A stretch of DNA of 64,000 nt, taken from positions 12,101 through 76,100 of the forward strand of contig CAZEGF010000022.1 of assembly GCA_964511965.1 (NCBI GenBank). Reading direction: 5' to 3'. Below, in pieces: positions 18,238 to 28,035 of the stretch. Origin of the DNA: an uncultured Gammaproteobacteria bacterium. Its GTDB lineage: Bacteria; Patescibacteriota; Microgenomatia; Levybacterales; GWA1-39-11. Numbering within the stretch: the stretch's first letter is position 1; every line of letters starts with the position of its first letter. The notes under the pieces are model-generated. The model did no database searches. It was not told where the DNA came from and saw only the letters and a program-made list of their open reading frames with translations. The translations under genes and the position numbers were made by a program.

Positions 18238-19146
18238 ATGAAATATCAGATATTACTTTGGTATAAGTATGTTCCTATTGAAAATCCCGTGCACGAAATG
18301 CGGGAGCAGAGGAGGTTATGCGAAAAATTAAATCTTAAAGGAAGAATTATTTTGGCTGATGAGGGGATTAATGGAACAGTTGAGGGGACAATATCAGCAA
18401 CCGAGAAATACATAAAAACAATTGAACAAGACCCACGTTTTTCCGGAATTCACTGGAAAAAATCAACTGGTACTGGTAGTGCTTTTCCAAAACTCTCTAT
18501 TAAAGTTCGCGAGGAAATTGTCAGCATGCATTTACATGAAAATGACCTGAAACCATGGAGTGTGACGGGAAAATATTTGTCACCAGAAGAACTACATAAA
18601 TGGTTTGAAAATAAGGAGGAGTTCTATATTGTGGACATGCGTAATGATTACGAGCACCAATCCGGATATTTTGAAGGATCAATTTTGCCACCTTTAACTA
18701 ACTACCGTGATTTACCAAAATTACTTCCGATGCTAAAAGATCTGAAAGACAAAAAAGTATTGACCGTTTGCACCGGCGGAGTGAGATGTGAGAAGGCGTC
18801 AGGATTTTTGGTCAGTAATGGATTTTCTGATGTATACCAACTCCAGGGTGGAATCGTAAGCTATATGGAAAAATATCCAAACGAGCATTTCAAAGGAAAG
18901 TTATATGTATTTGATCAAAGGATACTCATGGGTTTTAATACAACAGACGCTGCTCATGAAATTGTTGGGAAGTGTGAACGCTGTTTGAAACCCTCCGAAA
19001 ACTATATTAATTGCGACACTATTGGTTGTCACAGACACTTTATTTTGTGTGAAAATTGCATTGAAGAATTTGGAAAAATATGTCCAGAAGGTTGTCAATA
19101 TGCCCGGCGCAAACAAAGAGAAAACCCCGTCCACACTAATAGTTGA
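18238..19146 (+). CDS. trhO: Rhodanese-domain tRNA uridine(34) hydroxylase (YceA/TrhO family) with a C-terminal Cys-rich extension
   Basis: UPF0176 N-domain plus a rhodanese active-site loop (CTGGVRCEKASGFL). C-terminal CERC...C...CHRHF...CENC zinc-ribbon-like tail. Confidence 0.7.
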   Translation: MKYQILLWYKYVPIENPVHEMREQRRLCEKLNLKGRIILADEGINGTVEGTISATEKYIKTIEQDPRFSGIHWKKSTGTGSAFPKLSIKVREEIVSMHLHENDLKPWSVTGKYLSPEELHKWFENKEEFYIVDMRNDYEHQSGYFEGSILPPLTNYRDLPKLLPMLKDLKDKKVLTVCTGGVRCEKASGFLVSNGFSDVYQLQGGIVSYMEKYPNEHFKGKLYVFDQRILMGFNTTDAAHEIVGKCERCLKPSENYINCDTIGCHRHFILCENCIEEFGKICPEGCQYARRKQRENPVHTNS

Positions 19147-19220
19147 TAAATTGAGAGTTGAGATTTGATATTTGAGAATAGTAAAATAAGTATTCCAGAA
19201 AGCGAATCCCCGGTTTTTAT

Positions 19221-20522
19221 ATGGCAAATCAAAAAGAACCAAATTCTCTATTAAGATTATTTCCAGCAATGGGGAGTAGTAATTACAGATATTATTTCGT
19301 TGGGCAACTCATTTCCCAAATCGGAACATGGCTGCAGATAGTTGCTCAAGGATGGCTGGTGCTTCAGCTCACTAATTCAGCACTTCTCATAGGCCTTGTT
19401 GCAGCAGCTGCGACATTACCGTCATTGCTTTTTTCACTATTTGGCGGAGTAATAGTGGACCGATTTGATAAAAAAATGACTATTGTTGCAACTCAAACTG
19501 CTTCGATGATCTTAGCTTTGCTTCTTGGTATGCTTACCGTTCTAAAAATTATTAATGTTTGGGAAATAATGATCATTTCGTTTTTATTGGGAATTGTAAA
19601 CGCCGTTGATATGCCTGCCCGTCAAGCATTCGTAAGTGAAATGGTTCATAAGGATAAAGTTTCATCCGCTATTGCTCTTAATGCAGGAATATTTAATGCT
19701 GCACGTGTTGTTGGTCCTTCGGTTGCCGGAATTTTGATTGCGATAGTTGGAACCGGTGGTGCATTTTTACTTAATGGTGTAAGTTATATTGCAGCCATAA
19801 TTGTACAATTTATGATTGTTCCGATACTTATTCCAAAGCCAAAACATCCACATCCAATAACAGCTATTAAACAAGGTGTATCATACACCTGGACGCATCC
19901 GGTAATCCGCTCTTTAGTACTATTAACTGCAGTTGTTAGTATTTTCGGATGGTCATATACAACAATAATGCCATTTATTGCAGACAAAGTCTTTCATCAG
20001 GGAGCAGCAGGGCTTGGATATCTTTATGCAGCTGCAGGAGCTGGGGCTTTAGTTGCTACTTTTGTAGTATCAGGATATGGAAGTAAATATGCTTCTTCGG
20101 TATTTATTAATGGTGGAATAATACTTTTTGCAATAACCATGATTTTCTTTTCATTCACATCAAATATTTGGATTGCTTATCTCACTTTATTTTTTGGAGG
20201 ATTCGGATTGTTATCCGCTTTTTCGATCATAAATGCACGGATTCAACATCTTGTAGAGCCACAATTTAGAGGACGTGTACTTAGTATCTATCTATTAATG
20301 TTTGTCGGACTTTTTCCAATAGGTAATTTGCAAATTGGATTTATGTCAGAACAATTTGGTCCACAAGTTGCTATCAGAGTAGGGTCTATTATTGTTCTTA
20401 TCGCAGCAATAATAGGGTATCTTATGAAGGGAAAAATTATTTCCTCTCATGCTGAATATCTTACAAAGCTTGAGATAGAAGCAGGCACCCAAGAAGTAAT
20501 TCGTGATACTAGAAAAAGTTAA
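19221..20522 (+). CDS. MFS transporter
   Basis: 433 aa with about 12 predicted TM helices and an MFS-like loop motif (GGVIVDRFDKKM). Confidence 0.8.
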   Translation: MANQKEPNSLLRLFPAMGSSNYRYYFVGQLISQIGTWLQIVAQGWLVLQLTNSALLIGLVAAAATLPSLLFSLFGGVIVDRFDKKMTIVATQTASMILALLLGMLTVLKIINVWEIMIISFLLGIVNAVDMPARQAFVSEMVHKDKVSSAIALNAGIFNAARVVGPSVAGILIAIVGTGGAFLLNGVSYIAAIIVQFMIVPILIPKPKHPHPITAIKQGVSYTWTHPVIRSLVLLTAVVSIFGWSYTTIMPFIADKVFHQGAAGLGYLYAAAGAGALVATFVVSGYGSKYASSVFINGGIILFAITMIFFSFTSNIWIAYLTLFFGGFGLLSAFSIINARIQHLVEPQFRGRVLSIYLLMFVGLFPIGNLQIGFMSEQFGPQVAIRVGSIIVLIAAIIGYLMKGKIISSHAEYLTKLEIEAGTQEVIRDTRKS

Positions 20523-20537
20523 GAAAGGAGGTGGAAT

Positions 20538-21056
20538 ATGAAAGCAATACAATTGTTAAGAATGCAATTTGATTCGGCGCATCACACCATGGAAGCAACG
20601 GTGGGGGAGGCAAAGGCATCTGTTATGAATTTTAATAAAACCAATAAGGCTATCCCTGTTGGTGCTGCATACGCTCATGCTGTTTTGGAAGAAGATATAC
20701 TTTTGTCCTCAATGCTTGCCAATAAAAAACCAATTTTTAAAAGTACAGACCAAGTTGGTATTTCAAAAGAAATTCCATCAATGGATAAATGGGATCAACA
20801 TGAAAAATGGTATTTGACTGTAAAAGTAGATCTGAAAAAATTTCGGGCTTATGCAAAGAAAGTATATAAAGCAACAGATGAATATCTTGCAACCTTAGAA
20901 GATAAAGATTTAGATACGGTTATGGATAGACCGATGGTAGGTAAACAAACAGTGGGATTTTTATTAACAAATTTCTTTCTTCTGCACATAGCAAATTTGG
21001 CTGGTGAAGTTTCAGCTGCTAAAGGATTTCAAGGACTTAAAGGGTACCCTTGGTAA
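20538..21056 (+). CDS. Hypothetical protein (possibly DinB_2-like)
   Basis: 172-aa ORF. RBS aaaggaggtggaatATG. The HH...H pattern is weakly DinB-like. Confidence 0.4.
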   Translation: MKAIQLLRMQFDSAHHTMEATVGEAKASVMNFNKTNKAIPVGAAYAHAVLEEDILLSSMLANKKPIFKSTDQVGISKEIPSMDKWDQHEKWYLTVKVDLKKFRAYAKKVYKATDEYLATLEDKDLDTVMDRPMVGKQTVGFLLTNFFLLHIANLAGEVSAAKGFQGLKGYPW

Positions 21057-21106
21057 ATTTGAGATTGAAATTTTTTGGTAGTAACTCTACAATAATAATT
21101 GACACT

Positions 21107-21287
21107 TTAAATCAAGAGGAGGAGTAGAGTATTGGCTCGTTGATCCCTCCAGCAACCTTTCGGCAATCTCAAGGTAAACCCAGAGATCTGAAAAGGTGCT
21201 ACACCCAACCCTATTAAGGGAAGGATTAGCTTCGATTAAATCGGAGAATAAATAAAAACCTCTCTTTTAGGGAGGTTTTTTTGTGCC
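21107..21287 (+). ncRNA. Candidate small RNA or leader: promoter-like TTGACA-17-TAGAGT, about 140-nt hairpin-forming transcript, intrinsic terminator (cctctcttttagggagg + T7)
   Basis: Seen in sequence: -35/-10-like boxes at 21101-21132 and a terminator hairpin plus T-run at 21258-21287. Contains GGTGCT...GGGAAGGA reminiscent of SRP RNA, but not convincingly so. Confidence 0.25.
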
Positions 21288-21307
21288 TACAATGGAGGTG
21301 AATATGA

Positions 21308-21535
21308 ATGTCTGAATTTGATACAACTAGTAGAAATGAGGTCCCGTTTATGGCTGTTGCCAGGGATGATTTAGATTTTGTTGCCACTCTCAATGACATA
21401 TCAATTAACGGGTTTGTAAATATTAAAACAATTCACGAAAGAGAAGACGGGTCTATGTTTTTTTCCGGATGGATAGTTAGGGAGGGATCGGTTGAGGTAT
21501 GTCTGGGTGATAGCAATCCTGATATTGAAAAATGA
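21308..21535 (+). CDS. Hypothetical small protein
   Basis: 75-aa ORF just downstream of the candidate sRNA/terminator. RBS ggaggtgaatATG. Confidence 0.35.
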   Translation: MSEFDTTSRNEVPFMAVARDDLDFVATLNDISINGFVNIKTIHEREDGSMFFSGWIVREGSVEVCLGDSNPDIEK

Positions 21536-21745
21536 TACCCATCAGGTTATAGTTGCACTATGGAGTTGAAAGAGGGAAGAGATGCCATAGCTCTTTGGCA
21601 TGATACCGGAGAACCGATCGGAAATGAAATGTTTGAACCAAAACCTGAACCTATTGATATTGTAGTGCAAAATAGATTGACAAAGATTATCGTCGAGCAC
21701 ATCAAAAATCCACTACAAATACCTTTAGCTTTTTAAAAACCTCGT

Positions 21746-22372
21746 ATGTTCATTCATTTTGAAAATTGGGCAAATTATATGGGTGGTATCGATGCAAGAA
21801 TACCAAATCAAGGAACTGCAATAAAAGCATACGCAACATTTTCAGATCCACGCGACTTTTTTCAAAATCCAGCTCTTGCGGTTGTGGAAGTTAATCATGA
21901 ACCATTTACTATTGACGAGATGTTCAACTATGGTGACCAGCGTGAAGGGTATTCTGGAATCGGATTGGAAAGTGATCTGTCACGTGCACATGAAATGAGT
22001 CTGAGATTTCAACCTGAAATTCCACTTGATGATATTGCAAAAAAGACAGTGCGTGCAATGATGCGACTTTCTCATTCATCAGAATTTCCAGCGGCAACAA
22101 ATGCAATGCTTGCTAAAGATATTGACGGAACATGGTATTTCAATCATCCATTCAGTCTTTTTCATGGATTTGAAAAATTAGCACCAAGAAAAGGGCGGAA
22201 CATGGCAATTCATTTTGATATCTTATCACCAGATTCTCTGGAACTTTTATCAAGAGTTTTTGATTGGAACGATGCCAGCAAACTTGTTCCTATCCGTGAG
22301 GGAAAAAAGATCAGAGAAGCAGATCTTGCTAGAATTTTTCAGGAGGGTAACCCAAAGGGAAAAGAATTTTAA
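21746..22372 (+). CDS. Hypothetical protein
   Basis: 208-aa ORF; no recognisable motif. Confidence 0.45.
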   Translation: MFIHFENWANYMGGIDARIPNQGTAIKAYATFSDPRDFFQNPALAVVEVNHEPFTIDEMFNYGDQREGYSGIGLESDLSRAHEMSLRFQPEIPLDDIAKKTVRAMMRLSHSSEFPAATNAMLAKDIDGTWYFNHPFSLFHGFEKLAPRKGRNMAIHFDILSPDSLELLSRVFDWNDASKLVPIREGKKIREADLARIFQEGNPKGKEF

Positions 22373-22409
22373 ATTTGTAAACAAACATATTATTTTTTAC
22401 AGTGAAGAG

Positions 22410-22892
22410 ATGAAAAGGTACAAAGTAGGACTTGTAATTGGACGTTTTCAACCCTTTCATTTAGGGCACAAATATTTAATAGACGAGGCCTTAAAAGTTT
22501 GTGACAAAATTATAATAGGTATCGGAAGTTCAAATAAAAAAAACAAAGATAATCCATGGACTGCACATGAAAGAAGAAAAATGCTTAAGAAATTTATAGA
22601 GCACGAAGGATTGAATACCAGGGTTGTTAAGATTATTAATTCTGAGGATCACCCTGATGATGAGATTTGGTTTGAGAAACTCTATAAAAAAACAGGACCG
22701 TTTGATGTGACCTTAGGTAATAATAAATGGAACAACGGAATTATAAAAAGGCATGGGATTAAAGTTATATACACAGGTCTTTTTAATAGAGAAGAATTTG
22801 AAGGGTATAGGATAAGGAAACTGATGAGGACCAAAAAACCCTGGAAGGAAAGAGTGCCAGAGTATCTTTCAGGTGAAATAAGACCTCTTTAG
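22410..22892 (+). CDS. nadM: Nicotinamide-nucleotide adenylyltransferase, archaeal/NadM type (cytidylyltransferase fold)
   Basis: MKRYKVGLVIGRFQPFHLGHKYLI carries the GRFQPFHxGH signature. The start at 22410 is in frame with track ORF 22215 and fits the upstream gene end at 22372. Confidence 0.7.
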   Translation: MKRYKVGLVIGRFQPFHLGHKYLIDEALKVCDKIIIGIGSSNKKNKDNPWTAHERRKMLKKFIEHEGLNTRVVKIINSEDHPDDEIWFEKLYKKTGPFDVTLGNNKWNNGIIKRHGIKVIYTGLFNREEFEGYRIRKLMRTKKPWKERVPEYLSGEIRPL

Positions 22893-23432
22893 GTGTACAA
22901 TTCCCACATGGTAGAGCAATCAGGTTACCCATATGTAGAAGGAAGATATGGTGTTCAATTTCATGCAATGCAGGAGGGGGAAGCAATAAACATTTTAGGA
23001 GGCAGTGGCAGAATATTAAAATACAATTTGTTTCCCGAAGAGATTAGGGTTTATGACCCGGATATAGATTCCCCAACAGAATTATTTGCTAATGTCTCAG
23101 ATGGCATGATTCGATTTAGCTTATTTCCAAGACTGACTACTTCTGAGGAATCACCTTACCATCCGGATTTGTTTGCTTCTAAATTTATGGATGTTGCTAT
23201 TAACTATTTTAGGGATGTTGGTATTCAAATAACGGGTTGTATTGCAGATTGGTATCTGGGTACAAACCAGCAACAGTATTGGAGAATGAGAGAAGAAGGG
23301 TACGACCGTGAACACTCCGCAAACAGCACCTGGATGGGAAAGAAACTGATAGAAAAAGGATTTAAACCAGTAAGCGACGAAGATATTTTCGAAAAAAATA
23401 AATTTGTTATAGCCAACTTCTGGAAGCAGTAA
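22893..23432 (+). CDS. Hypothetical protein
   Basis: 179-aa ORF immediately following nadM. Confidence 0.45.
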   Translation: MYNSHMVEQSGYPYVEGRYGVQFHAMQEGEAINILGGSGRILKYNLFPEEIRVYDPDIDSPTELFANVSDGMIRFSLFPRLTTSEESPYHPDLFASKFMDVAINYFRDVGIQITGCIADWYLGTNQQQYWRMREEGYDREHSANSTWMGKKLIEKGFKPVSDEDIFEKNKFVIANFWKQ

Positions 23433-23435
23433 ATA

Positions 23436-24113
23436 TTGTGCTACCATAAAATAATGATCCTGATCTTTTTTCTTGAGCTTTTGGTTCTTTTTTTCCTCTC
23501 AAGATCATTAACATCGCATTTGTCATATTTACTTCGCGCGATTTTTAAGAGTCACAGAATAACAATAATTTTAATGGCAATAATTTTTCTTCCTGGAACA
23601 ATTATTCACGAGTTTGCTCATGCAATCATGGCAAAATTACTTTTTGTTTATGTGGGACGCATGGAACTTATGCCACAACTGCATGATGAGAGCTTAAAAC
23701 TTGGTAGTGTAGAAGTTGGAAAGACAGATATAATTAGAAATTTCTTGATTGGAATTGCACCTTTTATAGTAGGGACAAGTTTGCTTTTATTAATTCTTTA
23801 TTCAGCTTTTGCAAACAAGATTTTTGGATTTAATCTTTTATCGTTTTTAGTTTTATGTTTTACGTTTGTTATCTCAAACACCATGTACTCTTCTAAAAAA
23901 GATATGGAGGGAGCTATTGAATTTTTCTTATTAATTGTTGTGCCAATCATTTTTCTCTATTTCTTTGGTGTTCGAATCCCAGGTATAAGTTTTGAAACTT
24001 TAAGAGGGAGTGGAATTGAGAACTATTTTAAAATGGCATCTATTTTTCTGGCCGTTCCATTACTTCTTGATATATCATTTATCATCTTTGCAAAAGTACT
24101 TCTAAGAAGGTAG
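23436..24113 (+). CDS. Membrane protein with an HExxH motif, putative membrane metalloprotease
   Basis: IIHEFAHAIMA sits within a TM helix, with several further TM segments. Confidence 0.45.
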   Translation: MCYHKIMILIFFLELLVLFFLSRSLTSHLSYLLRAIFKSHRITIILMAIIFLPGTIIHEFAHAIMAKLLFVYVGRMELMPQLHDESLKLGSVEVGKTDIIRNFLIGIAPFIVGTSLLLLILYSAFANKIFGFNLLSFLVLCFTFVISNTMYSSKKDMEGAIEFFLLIVVPIIFLYFFGVRIPGISFETLRGSGIENYFKMASIFLAVPLLLDISFIIFAKVLLRR

Positions 24114-24124
24114 AATATTGACCT

Positions 24125-24514
24125 ATGGCTTTAGAGGCAGAATTTGGTTTAATTCAAGATGGAGCTTTGAAATATGTTGAGGAGGATATTTTGCCTCCAG
24201 GAACTTTTAGGCAATATGAAAATTATCCTGGGATAAAAGCATTTATCGGTGCTGACAATGGAAGAAGTTTGTTGCAGTTAAGAGATACTGATGGTGTTTT
24301 TGCTATTCATTTCGTTGATGACGCTGACGAAGAAGGTGAAATACTGTGGTTGGAAGAAAAAAATATAGAATTAAGTAGTGGGCAACAAGTTTGTATCGGT
24401 GTAAATGCTAGACAAAATCAATTACAACAAGAAATATGGTTCACTCATACATCAAGTGGAAATGTTAAAACATCTCCCTTTAGTATTAACAATCCAGTTT
24501 TAAGCACAAGATAA
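24125..24514 (+). CDS. Hypothetical protein
   Basis: 129-aa ORF. Confidence 0.4.
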   Translation: MALEAEFGLIQDGALKYVEEDILPPGTFRQYENYPGIKAFIGADNGRSLLQLRDTDGVFAIHFVDDADEEGEILWLEEKNIELSSGQQVCIGVNARQNQLQQEIWFTHTSSGNVKTSPFSINNPVLSTR

Positions 24515-25993
24515 TTATAAATATCCTACCTTCTCAAGTAATTCATCTTCCCAGTGTGTAACTTTTTGTTCAGGTAATAAAAGGGCTTTAGTGGGTTTTA
24601 ATTCCTTTATGAAATCCTCTGTGTGGCTCACAATAATAAGTGTTCCTGTATATTTTTTAATTGCCTCAAGAATTATTCTTTGAGACATAACATCCAAATA
24701 CGTCGTTGGTTCATCAAGAATAAGCATGTTGTAATTTTCTAAAAGTAGTAGAGCAATTGAAAGTCTTGTTTTTTCTCCACCTGATAATGATCCTACTTTT
24801 TGAAAGACACGGTCTCCTGAAAAAAGAAATGCTGATAGGTGCTGGCGTATTTTTTCAATTGGCATAGCCTTTACAGTTTCAATTGTCTCAATAAGATTTA
24901 GTGAAAAGTCGAGTGCTTCAAGTTCTTGTGAGTAGTATCCGATCTTAAGTCTTTCAGCTTTTATCACCTCACCTTTTGATGGAGTTTCGTTCCCAACTAT
25001 TATTTTAATAAATGTACTTTTTCCTGCCCCATTGTGCCCGATAAGTGCTATTTTTTCACCTTTTCCCACAATCATTGAGAAGTCCTCTAAAATTACTTTG
25101 TCATCATATGACTTTGAGACATCAACGATTCTGACGGGAATATCGCTCATGTTTTGTGGTTCTGGAAGTGTTAATTTAAATCCCCGAGCTTCTTTTGGAA
25201 GAGGAGGAAGGGATTCTTTAATTCTCTCAATTCTTTTTTGAAGTTGCACGCGTTGTCTAACCCCTTTTTCAGATTTTCTACTCATAAGACCCACCAAACT
25301 TTTTTCCATTCTTTTAACATGCTTTGTTTCGTTAACAATTTGACGGGTTAAAAGTGCGTCGTGTTGAGCTTTTAACTTGAGATACGTTGTATAGTTCCCT
25401 TTGTATTCTTCAATCTGTGCTTTTGCCGGATTTATTGCTATCACTTTATCAATTGAGCTATCCATAAGTTCAAGATCATGACTCACAAGAAGGAGGGTTT
25501 TGGGATAAGTACTTAAGAATTTTGAAACCCATGCTTTCCCTTTTGTGTCTAGGAAGTTAGTTGGCTCGTCAAGAAGAAGTATATCAGGTTCCAAAAGTAG
25601 AGCACGGATAATAGCAAGTTTTGTTTTTTGACCTCCGGAAAGACTATGCGGATCTCCATACAAATCAATATCATTCATCTCAAGTCCATGAAGCATTGAT
25701 ATAATTTCTCTGTCGTCTTTTACATAATGCTCGTCTAAATACTCACGGATCGTAAAACTTTTTTCCAAAATTGGGTCATATTTAATTTCTTGCGGGACTA
25801 GTACTATCGAGCCATCAATGATGATATTTCCCTCTTTTGGATGCTCTTCACGCATCAAAAGTTTGAATAACGTACTTTTCCCGGCACCATTCGGGCCAGC
25901 AATGCCGACTATTTGATCATCTCCCACGGTAAAACTAACATCGGTAAAGATGGGACGAAGGTGCGCAAACGTAAGATTTTTTACCTGGATCAC
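24515..25993 (-). CDS. ABC-F family ATPase (two tandem ABC domains, no TMD)
   Basis: Walker A motifs GPNGAGKST and GHNGAGKST, two signature motifs (LSGGQKTKLAI, LSGGEKTRLSIA), and an inter-domain linker. Confidence 0.9.
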   Translation of the reverse strand: MIQVKNLTFAHLRPIFTDVSFTVGDDQIVGIAGPNGAGKSTLFKLLMREEHPKEGNIIIDGSIVLVPQEIKYDPILEKSFTIREYLDEHYVKDDREIISMLHGLEMNDIDLYGDPHSLSGGQKTKLAIIRALLLEPDILLLDEPTNFLDTKGKAWVSKFLSTYPKTLLLVSHDLELMDSSIDKVIAINPAKAQIEEYKGNYTTYLKLKAQHDALLTRQIVNETKHVKRMEKSLVGLMSRKSEKGVRQRVQLQKRIERIKESLPPLPKEARGFKLTLPEPQNMSDIPVRIVDVSKSYDDKVILEDFSMIVGKGEKIALIGHNGAGKSTFIKIIVGNETPSKGEVIKAERLKIGYYSQELEALDFSLNLIETIETVKAMPIEKIRQHLSAFLFSGDRVFQKVGSLSGGEKTRLSIALLLLENYNMLILDEPTTYLDVMSQRIILEAIKKYTGTLIIVSHTEDFIKELKPTKALLLPEQKVTHWEDELLEKVGYL

Positions 25994-26088
25994 AGGTAGT
26001 TATTATACCTTATTTAGGCGTTAGGGTCTGGGGGGAGGAAACCTGCCCGCAATGTTTCGCAACGCGATGTAGGCGGGTCTTCTTGCAG

Positions 26089-26634
26089 TTAAGCATTCGG
26101 GTCTGGGGGTAAAAACTCTTCTCCTCCGCTATCGGGGGATTTAACATATTCTCCAGGTTTGAGCCATTCAACATAGGTGCAACCCGTTGCAGTCCTTGTT
26201 TTTGCATCCCAACCACTCGTTGAACATTTCTTCATTTTCTTACCGGCTGCTGTTGTATAAAGAACCAATTTGTTACCACACGTTGGACAATCTTCATCAA
26301 GTGCCTCGGTTGTACCATTTATCCATTCAACATAGTCGCATCCTGTTGCTTGCTTGGTCTCGGCATTCCATTGATTAGTAGAGCATTTCTTCATCTTTTT
26401 ACCAAAGCGGGTAACTACCATAACAAGAGGATTGCCACATTTTGGACATTTTTCATCCAATTCTTCAGGAGGAGTCTCTAACCATTTAACATAATCGCAC
26501 CCAACATTTTTTTTAGCTTCCTTGTCCCACGATCCGGTAGAACATCTCTGGAGTCGTCTTCCGGAAGGAGTGGTCGTTACTTCTGCAAGCGGGTTACCGC
26601 ATTTTGGACACTTTTCTTCAACCATGGAATTCAT
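26089..26634 (-). CDS. Protein made of three tandem topoisomerase-type C4 zinc ribbons
   Basis: Three repeats of CPKCGNPL...GKKMKKCST..W......TGC.YVEW. Confidence 0.6.
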   Translation of the reverse strand: MNSMVEEKCPKCGNPLAEVTTTPSGRRLQRCSTGSWDKEAKKNVGCDYVKWLETPPEELDEKCPKCGNPLVMVVTRFGKKMKKCSTNQWNAETKQATGCDYVEWINGTTEALDEDCPTCGNKLVLYTTAAGKKMKKCSTSGWDAKTRTATGCTYVEWLKPGEYVKSPDSGGEEFLPPDPNA

Positions 26635-26668
26635 AGTACGGTTTGCAACATCTTATGTCAAGAGGAAA

Positions 26669-27292
26669 CTAGAATCCGAGGTCTTCTTTTACAAATATTA
26701 AATTAATCCTATTTGGAGTTATTTCAGAATTTACTATCAATAGTTTTCTCACCTGACTCTCAACTTGCGGGCCATAAACACTTTTCAATCTTTTATCTTC
26801 AAGGGGAAGAACATACTTGTTGATTCTTTCAAACCCTTCATCTAAATTTTTAACAATTTTTTTCGTACTTACAACCCACACAACATGACTAGCACCATAC
26901 ACATATCCTGGTATCTGACTACCGGTATTGGAAGCAATCAATACTTTTCCATCCTCAGTTACTGCATGAACGCTTCCTATTATATATTCTGGAGCTGCAC
27001 CTATTTTTTGCATGGTAAGAGAATCAGTTACTCGGTTAAGTTTTGACAATTCTTCCTTTACAGACTTATATTTACCACTTTCATTAATTTCTTTGGTAAT
27101 ACCCAGATTCTCAAGAGTAATGGAGGAGGCTGTCATAACTTCGGCTCCTTTAGGGATAAGAGCATGAACTAACTTTTTTGCTCCATCCGAGTTATCCGCA
27201 ACATGAACGGTTATTCCGTGAGCGGTAAGTGCAGTTGTTGCCTTATCGATTGATGCGGTAGAAGCGAGTGTTGCAAATTTGTTATTTTTCAT
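26669..27292 (-). CDS. LUD/DUF162-like (LutC/YkgG family) protein, tentative
   Basis: About 207 aa from the internal Met MKNNKFATL; composition and length resemble LUD-domain proteins. The Met1 of track ORF 26669..27331 lies in a hydrophobic, unlikely leader. Confidence 0.35.
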   Translation of the reverse strand: MKNNKFATLASTASIDKATTALTAHGITVHVADNSDGAKKLVHALIPKGAEVMTASSITLENLGITKEINESGKYKSVKEELSKLNRVTDSLTMQKIGAAPEYIIGSVHAVTEDGKVLIASNTGSQIPGYVYGASHVVWVVSTKKIVKNLDEGFERINKYVLPLEDKRLKSVYGPQVESQVRKLLIVNSEITPNRINLIFVKEDLGF

Positions 27293-27397
27293 AATACAAT
27301 ATATAATAAATACTAAGTAACTATCTAGCAAGTACCCACTTAATAGGTAGATACATACTAAAAAGTAAGTAAGGATTCATTCAGGTAATTTTAAGCT

Positions 27398-27796
27398 ATG
27401 AAAAATAAACTAACTAAAGACATGAATTCAAAAGACATCACAAGCTGCTCATCTGTCAAGGTAACCCTTGAAGTAATGGGTGGAAAATGGAAACCACTTA
27501 TTATGTTTCTTCTTGTCGAGCGTACGATGCGATTTTCAGAATTGCAAAGGAATATTACCGGTATTACTCAGAAAATGCTGACAGAACAATTACGGGAATT
27601 AGAGCGTGATGGATTAGTCTCAAGAAAAGTATATCCTCAGGTTCCCCCAAAAGTTGAATATTCAATAACTACTTATGGTAGAACTCTTCTTCCGGTTCTT
27701 GAAACAATGCACGCTTGGGGAAAAAATCATCAGTCAAAAGACAGTAGTCATAAGACAGAAGCAAGGAAACAAATTCCCCTAGTTACTAGTTACTAA
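27398..27796 (+). CDS. HxlR-family winged-helix transcriptional regulator
   Basis: CSSVKVTLEVMGGKWKPLIMFLLVERTMRFSELQRNITGITQKMLTEQLRELERDGLV matches the HxlR family well. Confidence 0.8.
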   Translation: MKNKLTKDMNSKDITSCSSVKVTLEVMGGKWKPLIMFLLVERTMRFSELQRNITGITQKMLTEQLRELERDGLVSRKVYPQVPPKVEYSITTYGRTLLPVLETMHAWGKNHQSKDSSHKTEARKQIPLVTSY

Positions 27797-27816
27797 TCAC
27801 TATTTCCTATTTTTAC

Positions 27817-27975
27817 TTCATCTTGATGTTCATGAAAGGGATGGTTACTCCCGGGGTTTGAGGAGGCAATACTTTAGCAGGCCTAACTCTCGCATTTTGT
27901 ATGAGAAGCAAAGCAATAATTAGTATAAGTCCCACGCAAATCAAAAGTTGCATCAGAGAAAACTTCATTCTACAT
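27817..27975 (-). CDS. Possible 52-aa small secreted or TM peptide (MKFSLMQLLICVGLILIIALLLIQNARVRPAKVLPPQTPGVTIPFMNIKMK)
   Basis: Found by manual translation; below the ORF-track cutoff. Signal-like N-terminus. Coordinates approximate. Confidence 0.25.
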
Positions 27976-28035
27976 TTTAACCCGCCAACTCTTTAACCCG
28001 CAACTCGTAACGATCCTTATTGTATACTGTAAATT

